From the NCBI RefSeq assembly GCF_028641065.1, contig NC_073377.1, positions 108,066,001 to 108,130,000 on the forward strand: a stretch of 64,000 nucleotides of DNA, written 5' to 3'. Origin of the DNA: Leucoraja erinacea. Taxonomy: Eukaryota. A model generated the notes under the pieces. That model was not told where the DNA came from, did no database searches, and was given only the letters and a program-made list of their open reading frames with translations. Position 1 is the stretch's first letter. Every line of letters begins with the position of its first letter. Below are positions 25,979 through 39,357 of this stretch, piece after piece. The translations under genes were made by a program, and so were the position numbers.

Positions 25979-28900
25979 CTTCAAAATGATCATGGCCATT
26001 TTCTTCAGGAATTCTTTCAATTTGGGTTTCAACAGATTCGTCCCAGATTGGCCTCACATCAAACAGGTCTTCTGGAAGAGGCTGGTGTACTTCACTGGGC
26101 TGCTCAGTTTCTATAATAGAACTATCTACAGCACTGCTATCATCATCTGATAACACTTCATGTTCTCGCTCTTCCTCTGTCAAACGATCCACCAACTTTG
26201 AAGCCTCATCACTTATTTCTTCAAAAAATTCAATTGAATGTTTATAAAGTTCTAAAAATGTATCTTTGCTGCCCTTAGTATAACCAGTAGCAGCTTGTGA
26301 ACTATAACTAGATTTGGTCTTCACTGGAAGTCTTGATTGGAATGATTTTGGTTTATTACTTTCAGATGTTTCTGATCCAATGAAAAATTGGGACACAGGT
26401 TCTTTTGCATCAGGTTCGGTATCACAGCTCTTCCCCTTATTAAGAAGTTTACTTCTCATCTCAGCAGAATTACTGGCATCTGACTCAGACTTGCTCCGTG
26501 GTTCCTGTCTTACTGGCAACCTAGATTTAACCTCATGGATTTTAATGGTCTCTGAAGTCTTTTTCATGTCTGGTAACATTGGTGACGAATGGTGGTCTAT
26601 TCTGTGTGCAACGGCCTTAACAGGAATTCTAGATTTTGATTTTACTACATCATCTGTAGATCCTTCCTGAACACTGGCAGAAGATGAAGATGCCTTATCT
26701 ACGGGTGCAGTTGGTACACGAGGAATTGCAGTTACAACTGCAGTATGTCTGACAGGTAACTTTGATTTTGCCTCTGTCTGGTAGGTTTGTTGAATAATTG
26801 CAGTAGGAATTTCAATAACTGAACGTTGCTCTTCAGGTGATGAGTCTGATGAATCATCGTCACTCCTAACAGCCTGTTGTGAAGATATTGTCACTGTAGA
26901 AAAGTCCAACTGGACATTATTCGCAGATGCCTTGGGAGCAACAATATCTACTTCATCATTTAAGATGAAAGGTTTTACTTCAGCCACTTCAGGTGCTGCA
27001 GTGTCTTTTTTTGAAGATTTGGCAGATGCAGAAATGCCCATTTTGATTGGAATTCTCGATTTTTGCTCATTTTTTGTGGCTATTTGTTCATCAGTGCAAC
27101 TAAACTCAATAGGGGATTGAAGAGCTGCATCAATAGTGGGTGGTGAATCTGACATTGAAGCAGATTGAATCTCAGTCTGAGAAAGGTTGAGTACTCCATC
27201 AGTCACGCTCTCAGTTTCAAGAGACTTCACCTCATCCTCACTTCCTTCCATTTTTGACGCTTCAATTAAAGCCTCAGCATCCTGATCTTCTCCAATTTGG
27301 AAAAAATGGAAGCCGTCATCTCCATAGCTCCTTTTGCTCATATCAATGGCACCACTTCTGGTCATTTCAAACAATTTTCCCTCTTGAAATAGGAATGGGT
27401 TTTGTTCATTGGTTGGTGTACCATCCTCAATCGGAGTTCTTGCTGGTGTGGTATCAGGAGTTGTACCACGAGATTGTCTGTCAACCATTAGGCCAAATAT
27501 TTTCTGCTCTTCCTCTTTAAGACGAGCTGCAAATACGTCATCATCTTCTCTGATTGTATTCCAAGCATCAAGCTCCGGCTTTGTCTCAGTTATTATTATT
27601 TCGCTACGCTGTTCCTCAGCTACTTTTTTTGAATGCATGTCACTTAATGCAGATTCGTCAGCAGGAGCTGCTTTATATTCCACACAGTCAATTACAGGTG
27701 ATGAAGATTTTTCGATCATTCCATCCTGGCCCTCATGCCTCTGGTCATGTGCTTTTGCTTGATATTCTTCAGATCTGCTATCGACCCACAGTTCATCTCG
27801 CTTTTCTGCAGCTTGCTCAAGACGCTGTACATCTTCCTCAGTAAGAATATCTTCCTCTTGCAGCTCAGGCACAAAAGCTGGTGCTTCTGAAGAAACTGGC
27901 TCTTCAATAGACTCACCAGTGGCTGTAAAAGAATGAACTGCAGAGGAATGATGAGTTTCAACATTGTCACAAGGCACTGCTTCAGAAACCTGTGAATCAA
28001 TTGAAACACCGCAATCTTTGTCCACGCTTCTGTTTTCTACTGTTATGCCACTATCACCTGTTTGTTCACTTGATTCTTTCTCGTGATCTATTATCTTAAA
28101 GGTGTAGTTTTTGTCCGGTATGGGAGGAAATTCTGCATCCTCAGGACTAGAAACAGGGAGGAGTGGAGAAGGAGGCTTAACTCGAATAACTGGTTCCATG
28201 AGCAGTCCACTTTCAGCCTCTTTGCTTAGTTGAGTTAGTTCTGGCTCACTTTCTGAAGAAGAGGAGCTCATTCTATGCTCGGCATGAGATATAACTATAA
28301 CTTCTGCATCTTCTACATTGGATATAGCAGGGGTTGACGACATATCACAATACTTCTGCTCCTTTTTACCATCACGTTTTAATCTAGCATCCTCCTCTAG
28401 TTCATCAAATGTTTTGATCTTGGCTGCCATTTTAAACATCTCCTCTTCTGGTGTAAATCTTTTCTTTGATTCACTGTCTGGAGGGGAATCATCATCAATT
28501 TCCTCTTGGATTTCTGGAATCACAATTGGCTTGTCAGCAACTGAGAGTATATGCGTGTCAGGTGTTTTAGGTGTGACTTCATAACTGATCTCCTCAGAGC
28601 TCGGAGTTTCAGGTGAAAGAGGGCTCTTTCCTGAACTTTCCATTTGAGACACTTGGTCCAAACTATCTTCCTCTGTGCTCCCATCAGGTGACATAAGCTT
28701 CCTTGCTTCTCTGCTTATGGGTCCTTCTCCTCGCATTTCTCTGAGAATTCTACTCCTGGCTGATGTAGAATCCAAAGAAATATCAGTTTTGTCACTTTTT
28801 TTCTCAGTGATCACGATAGGAGCCACTTTTTCACTCTTCAGTGCCATGGAGATTGCTGTACTTAACCTTTGCTCCACTGGGCTACTTTCGAGAGAATCTG

Positions 28901-31567
28901 GACATGGAGATTCTTTTAAGGGGCTTGGCTCCAGTGAATCTGGGGATTTGTGTGAAGTTGTATCAATATCATCCTGTGTGGGACTACCCTCCAGAGAATC
29001 CTTATGGCTGATCAAAGATTCATCTGCCATTGGACTAAGATTATCAGTATCAAGTGAAACTCCGGTGAGACACAAATCCAATAGTTGACTTCTTGGTGTG
29101 GCCTCTGGTGAAATGGAAGTTACAACTGGTGAAGCATTTTTTTGATCAGTTTCCTTCACTGCAGTATCTGGGGCTAATAACGCTCCTGGTTTTCCATCCG
29201 ACATTGACACACAAATGCTTCTCTCCTTGCCTTTGAATCCACTCTCCAAAGAATCATCATGCCCATCATGAAGGAACAAAGATTCTGATTCCTCCTGCAT
29301 AAAAGCATCTTTTTCACTGGTATCATCTGTAGCTTTAAGGGCAGAGACAGATTCACTTGTGCTCTGCTCATCTACTTCATCTACGAGAGATGTGGCTTGA
29401 GTTATTTCTGTCAATTGCAATTCATCATAATCAACACAACCCGAATCTGCAGTTAGTTCTGCATCAGTGGCATCTAAATATTCCTTTGTTACCTTTAAGT
29501 CAGAAATTTCTTCAGTTGAGATTACATTTTCATACTGTGCAGAAGGTGTGCTTTTCTGAAAACTTTGGTCCTCGTTGTCTATTTTGACAGGATCTCCAGC
29601 ATCTTGCTTTTCTGACGTTTCCTGATCATTTTTCTTTGGTGAGAGGGAGAGACTTTCAGGGCTCGTCTCAGGAGTTTCTGCAAGACCTTCATGTTTATAG
29701 CTCTCCTCTGAGCTGATTTGAGGAGTACCATCACCTAAGCTAAAGCTCGGAGAGTCGGCAATGCCTTCATGCTTTAGGCTTTCTGAACTGTCATCAAGGG
29801 CACCATTTTGTAATGTTACATCTGGTGTAAATCCATTTTTCACATACTGTGGTGGAAAACTAATGTTCAGGTGATGATGAACTGGGCTTGTCACTACCTG
29901 TTCAAGGTAAAGTTCAGCATCTGGAGTATCTGAGGTTTTCCTAAATTGTTGATATTTGTCGTTATCTTCTAATTCCGCTTTAATGACATCAGTGAAATCA
30001 GTGGATGTCTTCCTGTCTGGACTGATCTGTAAATCGCTAGTCACAGTAATTCTGCTGCTGTGTATCTCAGTTTGCTTCTCATGATCTTCGGCAAAAACTG
30101 ACTCAAAGTTTTCTGATGTTTCAGAACTTGCATCACCTCTTTCAATTGTGAGTACCTTCTTATCTTTGCTTGATGGTATTCTTTTCCTTTCCCTACTAAT
30201 TTCCCTCGTGCCTTGTGTTACTGAACTAATTGCAGCTATTCCATTCTGATCTATACGCAATGTATCCTGTGAAAGCCCTTGTGGCTTGAACTTTCCTACA
30301 TCATCTGCTTTTGCTTCTATGAGTACATCATGAGACACTTCTGGTTTTGTTAATTCTTCTAAAGTTTGCTTTTCTGCTTGTGAAGCATCAGATGCATGTT
30401 GGAAGAGTCGAGTCATCTTCTTGGATGGATCTTGTCCTGACTGAAATGCTTTCATCAGTTCACGCACTGACATTGTTTCTTCAAGCCTTTCTGTAACAGC
30501 GGAAGTAGGAGCCTCTGTGCATGATACTCGTTTAGTAACCGGTATGCAAATCTCTTCCTTCACTGCTGATTTTACTTGTTTTCGTTGTCCTTCCTCTGCC
30601 TCCACACGCTTCTGGAGAGCTTTGACTTTCTCTTTTATTGAACCAATGGGAGTTTCTTCTACCACAGGTGAGGTAGATTCTGCAATGGTTGGAGGCACTA
30701 ATGTTATTTCTTCCTTGGTGGAATCAGATTCAGTGTAAATATTCTGCTGTACTTTTTTAAGCTCCATTGTTGATTCTTTCGTTTGGGATTGAAATGCAGG
30801 ATCCTTAAAATACACTGCGGTATTTTCTGCCTTGAATCTCTGAAACACTGGCTTTGTCTTTCCCATATCAAGTTTACTTTGGTCTTTTGCTTTGTGCAAT
30901 TCCTCTTGTTCACTGAGCTCCTCAGATCTTGAAGGTTTGTAAATCATCTGATCAGTTCCTTTTTTAATATCTTTGGTAATGAATGTTGCTTCAAAACTTT
31001 CTTGGACGATATTCATTTGACAAGTGGCTGGAGGTCCTGTCGCTACTTCCTTTAAATATGTGTCCAGGTCATTTTCTAAATAGCCCAACATTCCATTCAT
31101 ATCTTTCACAACCTTTTCTCGGGGCCCTCTGTCAATTCTGTGCTCCACAAACAAAGATTCAGTGACCTCTGCTGGTACTTCTCGTTTGACTTCATCAATT
31201 TCTTCGTCGCTGATAATTACCCAGCTTTCTTCGAGTTCTTCACCAAAGGCCTCTTGTAGAGATTCGTCACCCGTGTATGTTCCGCTTCTTAAAATCTGAC
31301 TCACTTTTTCCAAGTCTTCTTTCACTTTCCCTACAATTTCAAAAGGCTCACCTGGTTCATCTTCAGTTCCTTTTGCTAATTCTTTCACCTCTATTGGGCT
31401 TCCTTTACTTCCTGATGTTTTTAAGATCTTAGTGACCTTGATCAAGTCTTGTTTCATGTCAGATACATCTGAAAGCAAGTCTGGGCTGGCCAGCACAGGA
31501 ACATCATGGACAAGATGGGATTTTATGGCTGAAGAAATCTCAGCAGATTCAGTCTCCTCCTCTTCAT
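25979..31567 (-). CDS. ANK2: ANK2 giant neuronal exon (5589 nt, 1863 codons, phase 1-1; 440-kDa-type ankyrin-B)
   Basis: Lies within the 1952-aa ORF. AnkB-diagnostic blocks: VPVLASPDLLSDVSDMKQDLIK, EETPIGSIKEKVKALQKRVE, EETMSVRELMKAFQSGQDPSK, KLFEMTRSGAIDMSKR, ENGHDH. Donor gaag|gtacc at 25978; acceptor cgaag|atgaag gives an in-frame join. Confidence 0.96.
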
Positions 31568-34500
31568 CTTCGTTTTGACAGAAATGTTTCAATTTAAAAC
31601 AAAAATGGGTCAAGAAAGAAATTGGAAAATGTGATTTGGGTGACACAATACAGATTCTGAAGGGATGGGTCAAAGTAAGAGATGGATTGAATGGCAGATG
31701 GATATCCACAAGGTCTGCAGGTGGGTACAATTGCGAAGCAAAGCCAACTCAAAATTGGGAAGTAACAGGCAGGAAATAACTTGCTTTATTTTCACCAGAA
31801 CACATCCACACCACTTACAACACCAAAGCAATAACAAATCGAATCGAAACCAAGACACCAACAAACTGAAATAAATAGGAGCAGTGCATTCGCACAGAGA
31901 TAGGAATCTCAAGATTGTTTAGATGTAACAGATTCACGTCTAAAGAAAAAAAGATCAGAAACCACAGATAACTGATTTCCTCTTAAAGAAAGCCAGTACT
32001 AGCAAACTGTCAGAACAACATTTGTTGTCTTCTATTTCAAAAATAAATTTTAAACAAAAGCTTACTTTTTTAGGAACTAGAACTAAAAAAACACATTGAA
32101 CATCATATTATTTAAACCAGCTGCAAACCGGCAAAGAATCTCAAATCTAAATGCACATAGTATAAAGAAAAAGCTACTGAAATGAAGTGAGATCCTTTCC
32201 TTGGAACATCCTAGTTGTTCTGACAACTAAACAAAAAAAAAACCTTTGCAAATACGAAAACACAAATTAAGAAGAAGGGCAAACCAAACGAGGATCTACT
32301 GAAAGAGATCAAAAATATAACCAGTGGATGAAGTCAGAAAACAAAATATGGTGGATAGAGCAAAATTAAAAATTTGCAACACTCACACACACAGAACGCT
32401 TAAGCCAAGTTATTTCCATGCAAAACTAGAGTTCTGACAGCATGAGGCATGCAGCCATATGTAAGCACTAATTAACATAGACATTTTGCTTTAGTTAGGT
32501 GGCATTGTGGTGAAGTACAGTGGTTGATGTAGGTTACTTAAAAGCAGGAAAGACTTTTCCTAGAATGGCATATTTGTTCAAACATAACAATAATATCCAG
32601 CATTAAATAGTTTCCACTTTTAAGGAAAGAACATTTCATCGGCTATCTAAACAGTTTTCAAATTTAAATAAAATTTACGATCATTTTGTGTTTTATTGTT
32701 ATGTTCTGAAATAGGCACTGGGTTATTCAGTTATAATTCAATGTTAGCCAATAATTTTGTGTTCAAAATATCTGAGCTAAATGGTGGCAAGATCTTTATT
32801 ACATTTCATTTTATGGGCAGCATTTTCTTTTCCTCAGCTCGCACCTCAATATAACAAATAATAACCACTAAAATGACTAAAGAAAGAGGAGCAATGTAAT
32901 GTAGCAAACTCTTCTCAATTATCCAATACAATTTTTCAACTTTGCTCATTCAATTTTTATACATCTATGTGCAATATATTCCAATGGAGATGCCAACAAA
33001 TGGAAATAAAATAATTTGTATTATTTATAGTTTATAGAGATGTGAATTGGTGTATACAGTAAAAATCCTGTTTGAAAATCAACATCTATGGTATGTGTAT
33101 TGCTCATTTAACTCCACACCAAAATATAATGTCATCCGCTTTATCCAGTTTACCTTTGTTAAACATAGAACACAAAGCATAGTACAGGACAGGAACAAGT
33201 CCTTCAGCCTACAATGTCTAGTCCCTGCTGACAGCACTTCTTCTTCTTGCGTATGGCGTGCACAGCAAGTTGGACAACTTGTTCTATTTGATTGTGCACG
33301 CCGGGTTGATTGCATTCGTCGAAATAGGGCGGACCACGTGAAGGTTGCAATCTCCCACCCCTAACAGCACTTGATCCATTTTCATCATATCCATATCCCT
33401 CTCTAAATAGCCCCTATTGTTTCTGCTTCCACCACCACCCCTGGCAGCATATCCCAGGCACTCGCAACTCTCTGTGTAAATAAACTTGCTCCACATCAAT
33501 CTTTTCCCCATCACCTTAAAGCTATGCCCTCTAATATTTCAATCCTGGTAGAAAAGATTCCGAAACCCTTCTGATAATTTATAAACTTCCTCAGTCTCCA
33601 AAGCTCCAGAGAAAATATCTTCAATATGTCCAACCTCTCTTTATAGCTAATACCCTCCAAGGTTGTAGGTTAATTGGCTTCAGTAAGAATTGTAAATTGT
33701 CCCTCAGTGAGCTGAAGGGCCTGTTTCCACGCTGCATCTCTAAGCTAAACTATCCAACTTTTTAGCATGGTTCTATTAAAGAACAATCTTACACATTGTA
33801 GCACAATCTTACACGCCCTCAATGCTAGTTAGTGTTAAATATCCTACAGAGTGACCAGGACAGGTTACAGACCATTGGCAACCTCAAGAAACTTTGGAAT
33901 CGTATTAGTCAATGTCATTCTCTATATAATTGCAAGATTAGTATAAATCATTATTGAAGTCATACACTGAACAGGATAGTTTTCCACGCAAATAAATGTG
34001 GAAAGCTGTTTTTGTATGGATTTTGGAAAACACTACACATGTGTAAAACTGTAATGATTAAAATGCAATGAATACATTTGATAGTATGACACATTACAAA
34101 TTTATCACCAGCAATATCCACAAACAAAATAATTCATAAATTATTGTTAGGTATTGTTATTTCATTTTTGGGTTTAATCTTTGGTACAAAAGTCTGAACT
34201 GTACTTCACCACAGTATTTGCCATTCTGATGTAGGAGCATTTTAAAAATCGTATGGACAAAATGTCAAGTGTGACATGGAGCAGGCATGCTCTCCGCTCT
34301 TCAAGGAGCATGAAATTTAACAAGATAAATATGAAAAATAGAAATAATTTAATGATAATGCCACAGGCACCAGCAGGACCATAAGGGATGTTAAAGGAAA
34401 GTGGATGCTTAAATGATCATTTAGTTATTAATCTATATGAATTTAGTTTAACACTAGTAAACTATTAATCAAGTTAACAATTATTAAACATAATTACTGT

Positions 34501-34603
34501 TATCTCATCAAGCATTAGTAACAAGCTGTTAAATTATTTTAAATATTTTATACTGTCATGCTGTCATAATACATTTTGTTGTACAGATCGGAAACATTCT
34601 TAC

Positions 34604-34625
34604 ATTTATCTTGATTTCCAGTCAC
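34604..34625 (-). CDS. ANK2: ANK2 22-nt microexon (VTGNQDK+1)
   Basis: ttttattgttcacag|22 nt|gtaaga; converts phase 0 to 1 as the giant and death-domain exons require; same size as the human IDMTSEK exon as I recall it. Confidence 0.82.
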
Positions 34626-35514
34626 CTGTGAACAATAAAAAGTACAAAATAAGTATAAGATGCACTGCATCAATTAGAGTCATTTGTTTTTAAGAGTATT
34701 GTTTCGTATAGCTAGTATAATTTATTGGAAATAGTGTGGCAGCAACAGCAATCTTAATCACAATCTTCCAAGATTTCAAATCCCCAACCTCATTACACTA
34801 CAAATATTGAAAGGAGTTACATTGTGCTTGCGACAGTGTACACTTTGTCCATTGGCCCAAGGCTAATATTATTATTTCAGTCATTTTTTTGGATTTAATG
34901 TTTTTGGTTACATATATATATACAGACAAACACACAGGTAAATATATGTATGCACAATGATACTTTTAATACCAGACAATAATAAACCAAACCTGAACAC
35001 AAATGTTATTTTCAGTACACCTTTTAAATAAATTCCTAGCAATAACAACACATAAAATCATTAAAAAAAATTAAATGCTAATATTAATACAAGGCCAGGA
35101 AATATTCCATTTTGTATTGTTCAAAAGAGAATGGCATCGGAAAATGTTTTACTATGTCAAAGGCACTATATAAATGCCAGTGGTACTTATCTGGTATCTC
35201 ATCAATTTCTTTATTTTATACTTTATTGCACAATAATGTATGCAATAGCATAGGAATGTTTGATCCTGACTACAGGTGCTGTCTGTATGGAGTTTGCTTG
35301 TTCCCCCTGTGACCGCGTGGGTTTTCCACATTCCAAAGATGTGCAGGTTTCTGGGTTAATTGGCCTCTGTAAAAATTTCCCCTGGTGTGTAGTGTACGGG
35401 TGAAGATGGTCGGTGCAGACTCGGTGGACTGAAAGGCTTGTTTCTATGCCATATCTTTAAACTAAACTAAAACAAAACTTTGTGAATAAAGTATTTTAGG
35501 AATAAAGTATTTTA

Positions 35515-35823
35515 GGTCATGGTGGCACAGCGGTAGAGTTGCTGTCTTACAGCGAATGCAGCGCCGGAGACCCGGGTACGATCCTGACTACGTGGGCTCT
35601 CTGTACGGAGTCTGTACGTTCTTCCCGCGATCTGCGATCTCAGAGATCTTCGGTTTCCTCCCACACTCCAAAGAGGCACAGTTTGTAGGTTAATTGGCTT
35701 GGTAAATGTAAAAAAAGATGCTAGTGGGTGTAGGATGGTGTTAATGCGCAGGGATCGCTGGTCGGCGCAGACCCGGTGGGCTGAAGGGCCTGTATCGGTG
35801 CTGCATCTCTAAACTAAACTAAA
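35515..35823 (+). mobile_element. Full-length tRNA-derived V-SINE (other copies near 35256-35477, 38800-38992, 41392-41665, 45098-45630, 56122-56805, 63300-63372)
   Basis: A box tggcacagcgg, B-box-like ggtacgatcc, V domain, taaactaaac tail. Confidence 0.82.
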
Positions 35824-36472
35824 CGAATACCTTTCCACTGCATACTCTCTACTTTCCAGCCATGAAATGCTTAAGCACTTCATTACAAATTTAGTGTCTT
35901 CAATTTTAACAATCATAAAATAATTCAGTATTACAAAACGGAACCAGTCCCCTTGCACACCATATCTATGATGACCATCGTGCCTGTCGATCCTACTAAT
36001 CCAACTTGCCTGCATTAATTCCATACCTCGCTATCCCTTGGTCATTTAAGATGCCTCTTAAATGTTATTGCTATTTTTGCCTCCGCCACCTCCTCTGGCA
36101 GCTCTTACAGATACCAACCACTTGTTGCATGGAAATCCTTCCCCTCAGTTCCCCTTTAAATGGGACTAGTGCAGAAGGGAATAACCAATGATTTGTAAAA
36201 CTGTTACATGATGTCCCACCACATCAATGTACCCAATGCCTCTGTTGAAGGAGGAATGCATGCCATACCCCTTCTCTATCAGGGATCTATATATACTTCT
36301 ATTCTTTGGTCTCTCTGTTCAAAAGCACTTCCCAGAACACTGCCTTTCACTGCCTAGGTCCTGCCCGGTTTAATTTCCCAAATGCATAATGTTGCACCTA
36401 AAGAGCCAGACAGCTCGAAAACAGGCCCTTTGGTCCAACTCGTCCATGCAGACCAAGATGCTCTATCTAAAC

Positions 36473-36970
36473 CAGGGGATTCTAAACTATGACCTGCGGG
36501 CAACATCCGGCCCGCCATGAGATTTTATCCGGCCCGCAGCAAGCTCTTAACACGTTCCTTGCAGTGGGCTATTAAGCGGGTCTGGAGGCGGGCAAGCTTG
36601 TGATCCTTGGTAGAGTCCATGAAGGCGAGGAAGCGTTTGTTGAGGGTGTGGATCTGGCTTTGAATGAAGTAGAGTTGTGGTCCATTGCAGGTGTGAATGT
36701 GTGAGTGAGTGAATGAGTGAGTGAGTGAATCAGTGAGTGAGTGGGTGTGTGGATGTTTGAGTGTGTGCGAGTGGATGTCAGTGTGTGCGGGTGGGTGAGT
36801 GTGTAAGGTGTGCGAGTGTGTGTATGAGTGGGTGGGTGAATGAGTGGGTGGGTGAGTGAGTGAGTGTATGTGTGAGTGGGTATGAGTGTGGGTGGTTGAG
36901 TGAGTGAATGTGTGTGAGAGTGAGTGAGTGAGTGTGGGTATGAGTGTGTGCGGGTGGGTGAGTGTGTAAG

Positions 36971-37004
<34 letters not shown>

Positions 37005-37414
37005 AAGTGAGTGGGTGGGTGAATGGGTGAGTGAGCGAGGGAGTGTATGTGTGAGTGGGTGTGTGTGTGGGTGAGCCGGTGAATGGGTGAGTGAGCGAGG
37101 GAGTGTATGTGTGAGTGGGTGAATGGGTGAGTGAGTGAGTGAGTGTGTGGTGTATGTGGGTGTGTGAGTGTGTGAATGAATTTTGAAATCAATAAAGCAG
37201 TTCCATCCTTCCCAATAATGTGGTTGCATAAAACTTTATGATTTTGTTGGTTAACCTTAATTGATGGCTACAAGTTTTGTTTTGAATTTTTTCCATTTGT
37301 TTTAAAGTTCTTTTTTGAGTTCATTAAATTTATAAAACTGGCATTTCTTTATTTTTTCCTACGGCCCGCAAAAATGTGCCAAATATATAATGCTGAAATG
37401 TTTGGAGGCCCCTG
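36473..37414. mobile_element. hAT/Charlie-type MITE containing a GT/GTGA microsatellite (36690-37180)
   Basis: CAGGGG...CCCCTG ends, ggcccgc subterminal motifs, imperfect 8-bp flanks atctaaac / actaaaac. Confidence 0.7.
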
Positions 37415-37486
37415 ACTAAAACTAATCCAACTGCCCGCATTTGGCCCATATCCCTCTTAACATTTCCTATCCATGTACCCTGCCTA

Positions 37487-37863
37487 GTGAAACTTACAAA
37501 ATTCTTAAGGGGTTGGACAGGCTAGATGCAGGAAGATTGTTCCCGATGTTGGGGAAGTCCAGGACAAGGGGTCACAATTTAAGGATAAGGGGGAAATCTT
37601 TGGGACCGAGATGAGAAAAGCATTTTTCACAGAGAGAGTGGTGAATCTCTGGAATTCTCTGCCACAGAAGGTAGTTGAGGCCAGTTCATTGGCTATATTT
37701 AAGAGGGAGTTAGATGTGGCCCTTGTGGCTAAAAGGATCAGGGGATATGGAGAGAAGGCAGGTACACGATACTGAGTTGGATGATCAACCAAGATCATAT
37801 TGAATGGCGGTGCAGGCTCGAAAGGCCGAATGCCTACTCCTGCAGCTATTTTTCTATGTTTCT
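37487..37863 (+). mobile_element. Young CR1 3' end, followed by a decayed CR1 ORF1 piece (to ~38390)
   Basis: Near-identical to 11386-11760. Confidence 0.9.
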
Positions 37864-39357
37864 ACCCATCCAAGTGTTGGGATCAGCTATTGGAATTTCC
37901 CTGCGAGAATGGGAGCAAGTTAAATAGACAAGTCTCACAGTTGCTGGTCTCAGCTATCAGGATTTCCCCACAAGAATGTGAGCAAGGCAAGGCAAGTCTC
38001 ACAGCTTGGTCGGCACAGTGGCCCTGAGGCAGAGCAGGGTAGGATGAGGTCAGGCAGAGCGATAGTGATAGGAGACTTGATAATTAGGGGACAGGCAGGA
38101 GATTTTGTGGCAGCAAACGGGACTCCAGGATGGCCTGCTGCCTCCCCGGCACCAGGGTCCTGAATGCAAAACATTCTCAAGGGGGAGTAGGAAGTCGTGG
38201 TGCACATCAGAACAAATGACATAGCTAGGAAAAAAGATGACGCCCTGCGGAGTGAATATAGGGCAAAATTCTAAAATGCAGGAACTCGAGGGTGGTAATC
38301 TCCAGATTCCTACTGGTGCCATGTGCCAGTGAGAGCAGCAATAGGAAGATCGGGCAGATGATTACATGTCTGAGGAGTTGGTGCAGGGGAAATCATATCT
38401 GCCTTTACTTCCAATCCTAGCAGCATGTACCAGGCACCCAACACCATCTGTATAAAAAAGACTTGCTCAAAAGAGCTCTCCCTTGATCCTATGTGATTTC
38501 TGTAGCTGATCTCCATCCAGCTGTATACTTTTGACAGTCCTCCTCACAGCCCACAACTCCAGCAATCTTGGTATCATCTGCAAACTTACTAACCAACCCA
38601 TCTACACGTACGTCCAAGGTATTTATTATATATATATAACACAAACAACAGAGGTCCCAGCACAAATTCCTGCGGAACTCCACTGATCATTGATCTTCTG
38701 GCTGAAACCTAGGTCTTCGATCAGTAAACCAGTTATAAAACTCATACGATGAAGTCATTATGTATCTCGACAAACTTAATCTTTTCGATCAGTCTACTAT
38801 GGTTTTCCCCAGGTGCTCGGGTTTCCTCCCACATTCCAAAGACGTACTGATTTGTAGGTTAATTGGCTTCGGTACAAATTGTAAATTGTCCATAGCGTGT
38901 AGGGTGCTGTTAGTGTACGGGATCGCTGGTCAGCGTAGACTCGGTGGGCTGAAGGGCCTGTTTCTGTGCTGTGTCCTTAAACAAAACTAAATAAATTGTA
39001 GCTATTAAAAAGACCCTTATTTTTAATATAAACATTTTAATAGAAAAGAATAGTTGCGAGTCTGAAATTCTCTAGCCCTTAGCCCCATTTCCACATGGAC
39101 AAAATTGTTCTTATAACCTGATTATCTATAATGCAATGTTTCTTAGTTGTCTTATAGAATTGTCGTGTTATAGAAGAACTACCTGTACTTCCTCACAACA
39201 ATGCAGAGGGAAACTATTCATCTCATTAACTGTAGGTCAGCCCCTAGCTGAAAAATCCCATTAACTCCCATTCTTGTTCACTGTACCCCAGCAATCTGCT
39301 TTCTTAGACTTGCAAGTCAATTGCTCTTTCGTTGTTTTCTCACTGACTCTATCCTCA

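Noticed and set aside
25979-31567. Assignment to ANK3 (ankyrin-G)
   Set aside because: No serine-rich domain at the exon start, and the diagnostic peptides match ANK2.
25872-31730. 1952-aa ORF as a stand-alone single-exon gene
   Set aside because: It is an internal ANK2 exon; the N- and C-terminal ORF extensions are intronic read-through beyond the splice sites.
35515-35590. tRNA gene
   Set aside because: The A/B boxes belong to a V-SINE head; no cloverleaf.
36525-37229. His/Thr-rich ORFs
   Set aside because: Translation of a GT/GTGA microsatellite inside a MITE.
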